From a virus: 64,000 nucleotides of DNA. The stretch lies in IMG/VR virus record IMGVR_UViG_3300009431_000003. One strand, written 5' to 3'. Of the stretch, positions 27,382-35,276 are shown piece by piece (position 1 is the first letter of the stretch; the number at the start of each line of letters is the position of its first letter). A model generated the notes under the pieces. The model worked only from the letters and a program-made list of their open reading frames with translations, did no database searches and had not been told where the DNA came from. Both the position numbers and the translations under genes were made by a program.

Positions 27382-27815
27382 AATACACAAGTACTGTTAC
27401 TGTATTCCTGAGACTGCCGGAGGTTGGTAGATATGCTATAGGTCAGATACTTGTACCTATGGGTTTTCAGGTAACAAAGAAAAGTATTGGCCCATATCAA
27501 CTGACTGTGAATCAAAACGGTCATAATTTCTCTGTCTACCTCAACAATTCCAGGTTTAAGTTAGTTAATGGTGAGTATACTGAAACTGTAACTATACATT
27601 TACACTCTCCACAATTTCAGCCAATTAATCTAGTAAAGCGTGACTCGTGCTTTTATGCTCTTCAGAACCTGGAAGAAAAATTAAGACGGATACTTAAAAC
27701 CGTGCCCAACTTCCGGATTACAATTTTTGATGACCAGGACCCTACAAAATTGGTATGTCTCTTGGACGAAGAGCTGCAAGTTACTTACCCTAAAGAGCGC
27801 TCGGAGGTTACATGA
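27378..27815 (+). CDS. Hypothetical protein
   Basis: Start at MKYTST after GGAGG. Confidence 0.65.
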   Translation: MKYTSTVTVFLRLPEVGRYAIGQILVPMGFQVTKKSIGPYQLTVNQNGHNFSVYLNNSRFKLVNGEYTETVTIHLHSPQFQPINLVKRDSCFYALQNLEEKLRRILKTVPNFRITIFDDQDPTKLVCLLDEELQVTYPKERSEVT

Positions 27816-28162
27816 AAAAGGAAACAGGCTGGGTGGCTATGAGAGCGGATGAACAACCTAGAAAAGTTGAAGGGTATATTGTTGATCACTTTATAATACA
27901 TAAAGGCCTGGGATCCTACGGTGATAGTGTAAATACTTGGGCTTTACACCATATCCCTACAGGAATGCGGGCATATGGAGGGCTTAAAACCAGAAAGCTG
28001 GCCGTTGAATTAGCTACTGCTTTTAATTCCGTCCCTGGAATCGAAAAAGGTAAGTGGGCAAAAGCGGAATATCTTACAGATAAGGTACTGGGACCGATGA
28101 GGGACATTTTAGAAAGCTTTAAGAAGAAGCATAAGCTGGAACGGTATCAATGGAGTAGTTGA
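27812..28162 (+). CDS. Hypothetical protein, tandem paralog 1
   Basis: Aligns with next ORF (W..H.PTG...GLK..A.ELA..SVPG.EKGKW). Confidence 0.75.
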   Translation: MKKETGWVAMRADEQPRKVEGYIVDHFIIHKGLGSYGDSVNTWALHHIPTGMRAYGGLKTRKLAVELATAFNSVPGIEKGKWAKAEYLTDKVLGPMRDILESFKKKHKLERYQWSS

Positions 28163-28486
28163 ATGAAGAAACTCTGGATATACATAGAGGAAAAGGAAGT
28201 AGAAGTGAAGGGATACTCTTTTGGTTCATTCTTTGTTCATAGAGGCCAAGGGACAGAGATAAATTGTTCCGTAGATACTTGGGTAGTTACTCATATACCA
28301 ACAGGGCTCAGCGTCTACCAGGGTCTTAAATCGAAGGAAACAGCCGAAGAGTTAGCTATAGCCCTCGATTCCGTTCCCGGCACTGAAAAAGGCAAATGGG
28401 GCAACCAAGACTGTATTGGAGAGAGGCCTATCGAATTGATGAGGGCTTGTTTGCATAAATTTAAAAGGAAGCACAAACTTCAGTAG
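28163..28486 (+). CDS. Hypothetical protein, tandem paralog 2
   Basis: See previous feature. Confidence 0.75.
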   Translation: MKKLWIYIEEKEVEVKGYSFGSFFVHRGQGTEINCSVDTWVVTHIPTGLSVYQGLKSKETAEELAIALDSVPGTEKGKWGNQDCIGERPIELMRACLHKFKRKHKLQ

Positions 28487-28494
28487 GAGAGATA

Positions 28495-28920
28495 ATGGGG
28501 GAATATTATACCGTACAGGGACGCATCAAAGTAAAAGAGAGGACACCAGAGGTAGACGCTCTGCTCGACTTCTGTGTTGCTTATGTAGAAAGCTCTACAG
28601 GAGAAGATTTTAACTATTTTGACGAAGAAGGGAACCTAATAATAGATACAGGAGGCTATACTACTATCCATTTCCGTACCAATTTACAAGATAGGCTGGA
28701 TATTGCATCTCCTTTTCTGGAACCAGGAACGCTAAGATATAACGATGGACAAAGTATGGGAATTATAGCTGTAGGAGACACAAAAACCAAGAAGAAATTA
28801 GCCGTATCTAATTATTATACAAACGAGCTCATAAGCATGATCAAAGCTATTAAGGTAAAAGATCTTCAGCGAATAGCTGGGATAATAGAAAAAGAAATAA
28901 AAGATAGAAATTTATCATAA
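28495..28920 (+). CDS. Hypothetical protein
   Basis: AGGAG RBS. Confidence 0.7.
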   Translation: MGEYYTVQGRIKVKERTPEVDALLDFCVAYVESSTGEDFNYFDEEGNLIIDTGGYTTIHFRTNLQDRLDIASPFLEPGTLRYNDGQSMGIIAVGDTKTKKKLAVSNYYTNELISMIKAIKVKDLQRIAGIIEKEIKDRNLS

Positions 28921-28925
28921 GAGTA
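28916..28925 (+). promoter_or_regulatory. CATAAGAGTA motif (putative phage promoter)
   Basis: AATTTATCATAAGAGTACTG, overlapping upstream stop codon. Confidence 0.45.
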
Positions 28926-28958
28926 CTGAAGAAAACATTTTAATTAATTAAAGGAGAG

Positions 28959-29453
28959 ATGATGGTTCTATTTCTATCTTTTACAGGTATGGTGCAGGCT
29001 GTAGCAGAGGGAACGGTCTCGATTACAGAATTGGAGACATCTCTTTTATTAACAAATTGCCACAAAGAAGTAGTTATGAACCCTTTTAAGTACTTCTCTG
29101 AAGAGTCTTGGCGCCGTACTCATAAAAAAGACACAATATCCAAATACTCGGCCTGGAAATTACTTCTTGGATGGCTCGACCAAGCTGTTCGAGAAGATAG
29201 AGCAATTTACGGAAAGGGAGCCTCTCACGGTAAATTTGTACTACATCCTCACTCTGTAGATATGTTGAACACTCTTCTTACATTAAATGGGTTGAATGCC
29301 ATAGCATCCCCTCCTGGCGAAGATCAAGAAGCTTGGGAGCAGCGGGTGCTGCTTTCAGATATCTATCCGGATATTCTAAAAGCCAATCCATCTCTTGTCC
29401 TCATTTCCGGGGACGGGCAACCAATTCGATCAGAAATGGCAAAAGTCGAATAA
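28959..29453 (+). CDS. Hypothetical protein
   Basis: AAGGAG RBS; alternative start at 29076. Confidence 0.6.
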   Translation: MMVLFLSFTGMVQAVAEGTVSITELETSLLLTNCHKEVVMNPFKYFSEESWRRTHKKDTISKYSAWKLLLGWLDQAVREDRAIYGKGASHGKFVLHPHSVDMLNTLLTLNGLNAIASPPGEDQEAWEQRVLLSDIYPDILKANPSLVLISGDGQPIRSEMAKVE

Positions 29454-29626
29454 CAAGGGCAGAAACAGTGGTATACACTGTACCGATTGTAAGCGCAGGA
29501 AGAAAACGCAATAAACTCCGCTTTATACAATATGGTGTCTGTCGCTTGTAATTGCCCTTGTGGGCGACAACACCGACTGGGACCCTTCGGGGTTCCAGTC
29601 ACTTCTTACCTAATAAAGGAGTATAG

Positions 29627-30253
29627 ATGAATCCCGAACAAGCTTGGAATGCTCTACAGCAAATTATTGGCCCATTTAAAGATTGGAAAGGTAATTGTTT
29701 TGCTGTGGCAACCGCTATGGCAAAGTTACTAGGCTCTAATGCTCATGCAGTATATGGGCATTATCTTGGGGTAATCTCTTCACAATCAATATTTGCCGAG
29801 AAGATACCCGCGGGCTTCTGTCCCCACGGATGGGTTCAGATTTACTTAGACGATCAAATTACTATAGTTGATCCTACGAGGTGGGTACTTTTAGATGTAG
29901 AGCCTTATCTTTTTGTACAAGACTTTCCTTGTGATGATTATGACGAAGGAGGGCAGCAATTTAGAAGTATTCTTCAGCCTGCAGAACCACCAGAGCCAAA
30001 TATTGGAGAGAAGTCTTGGACATTATGTACATTAAGTGATGATCTTTCTCAAATTGTCTTACAATATCTTGGGGATACTTACCAGGGTACCCAAATATAC
30101 ATGATGCAGTGGCATTGGTTGGTCCACTTACCTTATGAATATTTCTCGCCTCATGTACGCGAACTCTATGAAGCTATGGAAAGCTTTGGACTTAAAGCCC
30201 TCATTCCTATCGATAATTGGAGAAGAATGGAAAGAGAGTATCCAAAAGAGTAA
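29627..30253 (+). CDS. Hypothetical protein, possible Cys-His-Asp (transglutaminase-like) fold
   Basis: GNCF...HGWV...IVDPT spacing; AAGGAG RBS. Confidence 0.6.
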   Translation: MNPEQAWNALQQIIGPFKDWKGNCFAVATAMAKLLGSNAHAVYGHYLGVISSQSIFAEKIPAGFCPHGWVQIYLDDQITIVDPTRWVLLDVEPYLFVQDFPCDDYDEGGQQFRSILQPAEPPEPNIGEKSWTLCTLSDDLSQIVLQYLGDTYQGTQIYMMQWHWLVHLPYEYFSPHVRELYEAMESFGLKALIPIDNWRRMEREYPKE

Positions 30254-30364
30254 CTTGATGACTGCTTTTTCAATCGTAAAGAGGCTTGTGTCGGTCTGGG
30301 AAATAGAACCTCAGACACTTGTTATTTTTTTTTTGCGTCAACTATTTCAAAGGAGAAGATAATA

Positions 30365-31276
30365 ATGCATAATAAAGAAAAACCAAAATACGGTCAGTTA
30401 GTCATAGAAGGGTCGAGATATTTACATAAAGTATCTAACAGCCTAGTGCGTGTGGATTATTTCTTTGAAAAACAGAACATCCCCTATGTAAAGTACACTT
30501 ATGTAAACTCCAGGCATCAAGGTGCCCGACCAGTGCAATCCTTTAAGGACACTTTTAGGCCTGAACATAGTAGTCGTTTTGATCAAAACGACTATATGTT
30601 TCCTATTATACCTGGTGGCAGATACGTAGAAGAAACCACTAGAGAGATGGTTACTGTTCTCCATCTTATCAATGCGGGAGATATGGTAAAATATGAGTAT
30701 ATTCGGGCAGGAGGCAAGCACATTAAAGTTTTTAGGCTTTTTCAAGAACAGTTCCGCCCCTGGAGCGGTTTTACGCTAACCAAAGCAATGGTGGAATCAG
30801 GAAAGTGGCAAATACCGCAGAAGGAGCTTGAGCAGGATAGTGTTATGGAGGCTTATGTGGCTGTGTTTCTGGAAGGTGGTGCGGTTACGGATATCAGGTA
30901 TGATTTCGATTACGAAACTTTGGTAGAGAAAGTTCTACTTGTTGTACCTGATAACTCAGATAATTTAACTATTCCAATATTCTTTGTTCCTCCTAGTGGC
31001 GAAGATCGTCTTGTGGAAATTACTGAGGATATTATTACTTTTTCAGACATTAAAAAAGAGGAACCAATTTCCTTAGAGGAACGTATGGAATTTGTTCATA
31101 ATAATGCAAGCCTCGGCGTAGATAACAGATACATCTCTCGATGTCTTATAGCAATATCTGCAGGAGACGCAAAATACAAACCGCCCCACGGTAAGTCTAA
31201 AGAAGTAATAAATGCCAACAACTGGCTTAATGACTATAGCCAGAATCATTGGCTCTGGCAATTTGTGGAGAAATAG
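30365..31276 (+). CDS. Hypothetical protein
   Basis: 303-aa ORF, AAGGAG RBS. Confidence 0.7.
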   Translation: MHNKEKPKYGQLVIEGSRYLHKVSNSLVRVDYFFEKQNIPYVKYTYVNSRHQGARPVQSFKDTFRPEHSSRFDQNDYMFPIIPGGRYVEETTREMVTVLHLINAGDMVKYEYIRAGGKHIKVFRLFQEQFRPWSGFTLTKAMVESGKWQIPQKELEQDSVMEAYVAVFLEGGAVTDIRYDFDYETLVEKVLLVVPDNSDNLTIPIFFVPPSGEDRLVEITEDIITFSDIKKEEPISLEERMEFVHNNASLGVDNRYISRCLIAISAGDAKYKPPHGKSKEVINANNWLNDYSQNHWLWQFVEK

Positions 31277-31285
31277 GAGATTCTA

Positions 31286-31864
31286 ATGAAATATTATATA
31301 GTACAAGCAGATAGATCATCCCAACCAGGGAGAGACAGTACCTTGGTTGAGGAGGTTCGGGCAGTTAGCCCGGAAAGGGCTGCAGAAAGTGTATTCAAGA
31401 GACTCAGGGACCCTAACCTCGTAGACAAGATATGGTCTCCCTATGATACCCTAATTCGTGTAATCCCTTCGGATGCTGTATTTCTTGGAGACAAGCACCT
31501 GATTTCCGAGTTTGATGAGAAATGGTGCTTGGAGATTATCGAGGAAATTGCTCAAGAATATCCTGAGGAATCAAAGATACCGGATATTGAGTGCGTTGGA
31601 AAGGTCCAATATACTCACGAATATACTCACCTAGAAAAGTTTACGCTTAATTGTAAGAGCGGTATTCTATTTATTGGGTCCAATATAAAAAGGGGTCAGG
31701 TGGCCATCCGTTTTATTATGGACAATAAACCGGATGTATTTTTTGGTATTTCTACAGCAGATGGGCTTGAGCAGTTTCAGCAATTTGTTGAGGGTTTATA
31801 TCACAGGTTGTTGCCACTTCTTCCGATACACAAAGAGGGTCCTATTGATGAAAATATCGACTGA
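31286..31864 (+). CDS. Hypothetical protein
   Basis: AGGAG RBS. Confidence 0.7.
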   Translation: MKYYIVQADRSSQPGRDSTLVEEVRAVSPERAAESVFKRLRDPNLVDKIWSPYDTLIRVIPSDAVFLGDKHLISEFDEKWCLEIIEEIAQEYPEESKIPDIECVGKVQYTHEYTHLEKFTLNCKSGILFIGSNIKRGQVAIRFIMDNKPDVFFGISTADGLEQFQQFVEGLYHRLLPLLPIHKEGPIDENID

Positions 31865-32183
31865 GGAGCAAGCTACTGGGTGTTTTGGAGCCGATGGGTA
31901 TCGAGAATACGCTAAAAAGAAGGGGTATAAATATATTGACGTATGGAACTGGTCTAGCAGCATTAGAAGGAGCATTATAATGCCAAAAATAAAGTTTTAT
32001 AAAGAACCTACAGGTGATTATTGCTGCGTTTTCTGGCCAAAGATAGCAGGGTTTCCGTATTTTGAGGGCAGAGCTGTTGTAATTACTAATCTGCCTACTT
32101 CTGTAGCTACTACAGGAATCAGTCAAATCTTTTTGCGTAAATGCAAAAAGTACCAAGAGAAAATGTACCAAAAGAGTGGCTAG
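31848..32183 (+). CDS. Probable in-frame fusion of a gene remnant and a gene starting at 31980
   Basis: Internal AGAAGGAG RBS plus ATG at 31980 (MPKIKF) in frame with MKISTEE...WNWSSS. Confidence 0.5.
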   Translation: MKISTEEQATGCFGADGYREYAKKKGYKYIDVWNWSSSIRRSIIMPKIKFYKEPTGDYCCVFWPKIAGFPYFEGRAVVITNLPTSVATTGISQIFLRKCKKYQEKMYQKSG

Positions 32184-32207
32184 AAGAATTGGAATAAGGA
32201 GGACATT

Positions 32208-32414
32208 ATGGGAAAGCTTTTATTGTGGGCATGGGGAGCATATGCCTTGATTTGGGTTGCAGTATTTTTGAGCGCTTATTTTGATTTCTTCTCATTTATG
32301 GATGATTGGAGAGGAAGACGAGTAGCTCATCATTTGCCGCCATATTTCTCATGGAAGTATCTTATCTGGTCCGCTCCTGTCCTTTTAGCCGGCCTTGCAA
32401 GTATATCTTCTTAA
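32208..32414 (+). CDS. Small two-TM membrane protein
   Basis: AGGAGG RBS; two hydrophobic segments. Confidence 0.7.
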   Translation: MGKLLLWAWGAYALIWVAVFLSAYFDFFSFMDDWRGRRVAHHLPPYFSWKYLIWSAPVLLAGLASISS

Positions 32415-32496
32415 TCGTCTGTCTCAAAAATTTGCAAAGTGAGATAGCTTATGATACCTTTAAAAACAAGTTATGTGAAAATAATGAGTATTTTCA

Positions 32497-32506
32497 CATA
32501 AGAGGA
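32497..32506 (+). promoter_or_regulatory. CATAAGAGGA motif (putative phage promoter)
   Basis: ATTTTCACATAAGAGGAGTG just upstream of the RNA cluster. Confidence 0.45.
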
Positions 32507-32565
32507 GTGATCAAGAACTTTCCTTTTAGGAGGAAAGGCATGACCTTCTTGATCTACTTGTCACA

Positions 32566-32743
32566 AGTTTAAGTTGGAAAGTTGGCTTAGAGGCAGCCAT
32601 CTTTTAAAGAGTGAATCGCCTCGATCTCAATCATCGTGACCGATGGATACTTTCTGTAATGTGTCAGGTCCTTGACTTAGGAAAGTATCGGGATCGCCAA
32701 GGACAGGTGGATTCTTTGGCGTAGTAGCACACCAACTTAAACT
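32566..32743 (+). ncRNA. Putative structured ncRNA (178 nt)
   Basis: 12-bp terminal stem AGTTTAAGTTGG/CCAACTTAAACT enclosing five helices and a possible pseudoknot. Confidence 0.55.
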
Positions 32744-32884
32744 ATTTTAAGAGGAGAAACTTATGTGTTTTAAAATGGATCAGTGCAGAAGAGAAATGGA
32801 GGAATCTCTCGCACTACACGACCATGATGATTGGATTCGTTATGGAAAGTTATCTCCTCAGCAGAAACATGCAAAGACAGTTTT

Positions 32885-33221
32885 GGGCATGGTTTTGGAT
32901 TCGACAGAGGAGCTTGAGAGCGACTCCAGCAAGCCAGGGAGCATCCGGCCCTGTAAAAAGATGCACATTTTTAATTGCCGAACCGCAATTAGCTAACGCT
33001 GCGTAGAGCAGCGCGTTGTACCGGCTGACTCCGATACGTCGGCTACAGCGTTACATATCGGATAGTCTTGATGGCTGATCGTATCAAGGGAATTCCAGAT
33101 CACCAACTCTCTGAGTATCCTGTCCATGGGAGACAATGAAGAGTATAAAACATGGACTAAGCTTGTAGACGGACCGTAAACACTTTTCTGGACTGGGGTT
33201 CGACTCCCCACATGTCCACCA
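32885..33221 (+). ncRNA. ssrA: tmRNA
   Basis: 5' GGGCATG..GGATTCGAC; 3' GGGGTTCGACTCCCC-ACATGTCC-ACCA; G3-U70 pair; tag AEPQLANAA* at 32977-33006. Confidence 0.92.
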
Positions 33222-33226
33222 ATTAT

Positions 33227-33394
33227 GGCGAGGTAGTTCAAGTAGGAACGTCTAATGTATAGAAGAACCTGGAATATTTTATACATTGTCCTCCTCAAGA
33301 ATTAGGAGAGATCTTCTGCAGAGAGAACTCGATAATAAAAACAGAATACTGGGCTTGCTGCTCAGAGATGCTGGTTCAAATCCGGTCCTCGCTG
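33227..33394 (+). ncRNA. tRNA-like RNA with ~110-nt insertion in place of the anticodon arm
   Basis: Acceptor GGCGAGG/CCTCGCT, D-arm GTTC..GAAC, T-arm GCTGG-TTCAAAT-CCGGT; no CCA. Confidence 0.6.
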
Positions 33395-33542
33395 TATTAT
33401 TTTGAAAACAGTATGCAACTGCCCGGAATAGGTAGTTGTCGTTGGCAGCCGGCCCGAGGGGGGCCTTCCAAGATACTTAGTCCCACAACCCCTCTCGGGC
33501 CGCGTTTAATTTTGTTGTTATATTTTTTATTAAGGAGAAGCT

Positions 33543-34316
33543 ATGAAAGAGAATCAGTTACATGTCCTCCTTGCTGTTGAAGGAGACTTGCAGGGACAAG
33601 CAAAAAGAGTAATAAAGGAAGCGTATGATACCTTTAAGTCCAAGCTGCATCTGTTCGATGGGCTGGATAAGGTTCTTCATATGTTTGATGAAAAGCGGCA
33701 ACAAGAAGAATCTGCCGGCAGGCAACACAGTGACGTTGCCACAACAGTCGAGGATAAGTTAAGATATATCAAAGGAGCAGTCGGCAACTATTGGGACGCT
33801 GTCCTCCAAAAGGAAAACGCAAATCAGGATGCCCAGGCTGATTTGGTAATCGACGGAAAGACGATCGCCCCTGGGTTACCCGCCACATTCCTTCTTGGAA
33901 TGGAAAGCAAGGTAAAAGCCTTGAGAGAAGTTTTCGAGGCTATTCCGACCAGGGATCCGAATATCTCTTGGATCGCCGCAGACGACATCGGTCCTGGTGT
34001 GTTCAAGTCTGTCGTGCCGATTGATAGAACCAAGACTGAGACTATCGTTGAGCCGGTTGTGTTGTATCACGCAACCAAGGACCACCCCGCACAGGTCAAA
34101 GAGGGATCAAAGGTAGTAACCATCGGCAAAACTTCCGAAACAAAGTATACCTCTCGCTGGACTCCTCTTCAGAAGAGCAATGCTTTGGCTCGGGTAGATA
34201 AATTAATCCGTTCTTTGAAGAAGGCGCGGCAAAAAGCCAACCAAACAGAGATTAAAGATGCTCATATAGCCAATGACATCTTTAAATACCTTCTGGAAGG
34301 CAAATTGCCGGGATAA
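33543..34316 (+). CDS. Unknown-function helical protein between two tRNA mimics
   Basis: 257 aa, AAGGAG RBS; N-terminal QLHVLLAVE resembles a widespread phage family of unknown function. Confidence 0.8.
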   Translation: MKENQLHVLLAVEGDLQGQAKRVIKEAYDTFKSKLHLFDGLDKVLHMFDEKRQQEESAGRQHSDVATTVEDKLRYIKGAVGNYWDAVLQKENANQDAQADLVIDGKTIAPGLPATFLLGMESKVKALREVFEAIPTRDPNISWIAADDIGPGVFKSVVPIDRTKTETIVEPVVLYHATKDHPAQVKEGSKVVTIGKTSETKYTSRWTPLQKSNALARVDKLIRSLKKARQKANQTEIKDAHIANDIFKYLLEGKLPG

Positions 34317-34491
34317 GAATACAAGGTAGGTGTAACCTTGTTGTTGGTGTCATAGAATACTGGGTACAGTCCGAGGCGGGAGCCCATGAAAGACGATGCC
34401 CTATATTCGGAATTGATGTCTGCTGTTAAAGTTTTGCACCTACAGCTTCATCGCAACTCAATGTCAAGCGATGCACAATGCTCAAAATTAC

Positions 34492-34562
34492 ATCCTGGTC
34501 GGAGGTTCAAATCCTCCCTCGTTCTCCATTATGAACGAGTAGCTCAGCGGTAGAGCAAGGGT
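34492..34562 (+). ncRNA. Circularly permuted tRNA-like module (3' half precedes 5' half)
   Basis: ATCCT-GGTC-GGAGG TTCAAAT CCTCC-CTCGTTC-T-CCA, TTAT spacer, then GAACGAG-TA-GCTC AGCGGTA GAGC-A-AGGGT; acceptor and anticodon stems pair across the halves. Confidence 0.75.
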
Positions 34563-34611
34563 TTTCAAACTGAAGCAATGTGGTTTATGCAGAGACAGAA
34601 GAGGCAACCCC

Positions 34612-34689
34612 GATTTTATGGCTCAATTGGATAGAGCTGCGGACTATAAAATCCGTGAGTTACGGGTTCAACTCCCGTTAAGATCACCA
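34612..34689 (+). tRNA. tRNA with 8-nt anticodon loop (CTATAAAA); identity uncertain
   Basis: Acceptor GATTTTA/TAAGATC, D-arm GCTC..GAGC, anticodon stem GCGGA/TCCGT, T-arm ACGGG-TTCAACT-CCCGT, encoded CCA. Confidence 0.75.
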
Positions 34690-34726
34690 GGGGGCCAGGT
34701 GAGGATACATCCTGGCCCCCACTTTT
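34690..34726 (+). terminator. Intrinsic terminator
   Basis: GGGGGCCAGG...CCTGGCCCCC followed by ACTTTT. Confidence 0.65.
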
Positions 34727-34745
34727 AGGCTTACAAGGAGTACTT

Positions 34746-35003
34746 TTGAATAAACCAGTATTGAAGATGCTGGCATTGATTGTTATGCTTGATACGTACG
34801 AGTTAATATACGATCACTTGCCGGAAAATAAACGAAACCTAACGACAGAAGAAGGAATGCAGATCGACAAAGAAAGTATGCCTTCAGTTAATTATCTACG
34901 AGATAAAGGGCTTATCAAAACTAAACACATTAAAAATAATAACTATATCTGTACAATAACCCCTAAAGGCTGGAAAGCCTTTGGGAGGGAAATGGCAAAA
35001 TGA
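34746..35003 (+). CDS. Small winged-helix-like hypothetical protein
   Basis: TTG start after AAGGAG; LRDKGLI...ITPKG pattern. Confidence 0.5.
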   Translation: MNKPVLKMLALIVMLDTYELIYDHLPENKRNLTTEEGMQIDKESMPSVNYLRDKGLIKTKHIKNNNYICTITPKGWKAFGREMAK

Positions 35004-35110
35004 AAATTTTACGGCAGCTTTTAAAAGTCCTTTGCCAGGGAAGGTCATTGGGTCCATGCTGAGAAGCGGCGCATAACAGAGTAGGTTTTCCAATGAATTT
35101 TTAAAGATAA

Positions 35111-35272
35111 GAAGGGAGGGGATGGAGGTCCAGGCGCCCTAGAAAAATCCTTCCGTAAACCTACGGTCCTATGGTGGAAATGGAGCTATACCCATAGGAA
35201 GCGTAAAAGGGAGTGACGACTCTCCGATATTTTTAAGTTAGGCGACGCAGGTAGCCTTGGCTCCAGACCTGC
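35111..35272 (+). ncRNA. Putative structured ncRNA with kissing loops
   Basis: Four or five hairpins; loop TGGAGCTA (35181-35188) complementary to loop TGGCTCCA (35258-35265). Confidence 0.5.
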
Positions 35273-35276
35273 TTAT

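Noticed and set aside
32824-33006. 60-aa ORF ending in the tmRNA tag
   Set aside because: It is the tag reading frame happening to stay open upstream; there is no RBS and it overlaps the tmRNA.
33250-33362. Group I intron in a tRNA
   Set aside because: Too short and no recognisable P7/R-S core; kept only as an unexplained insertion.
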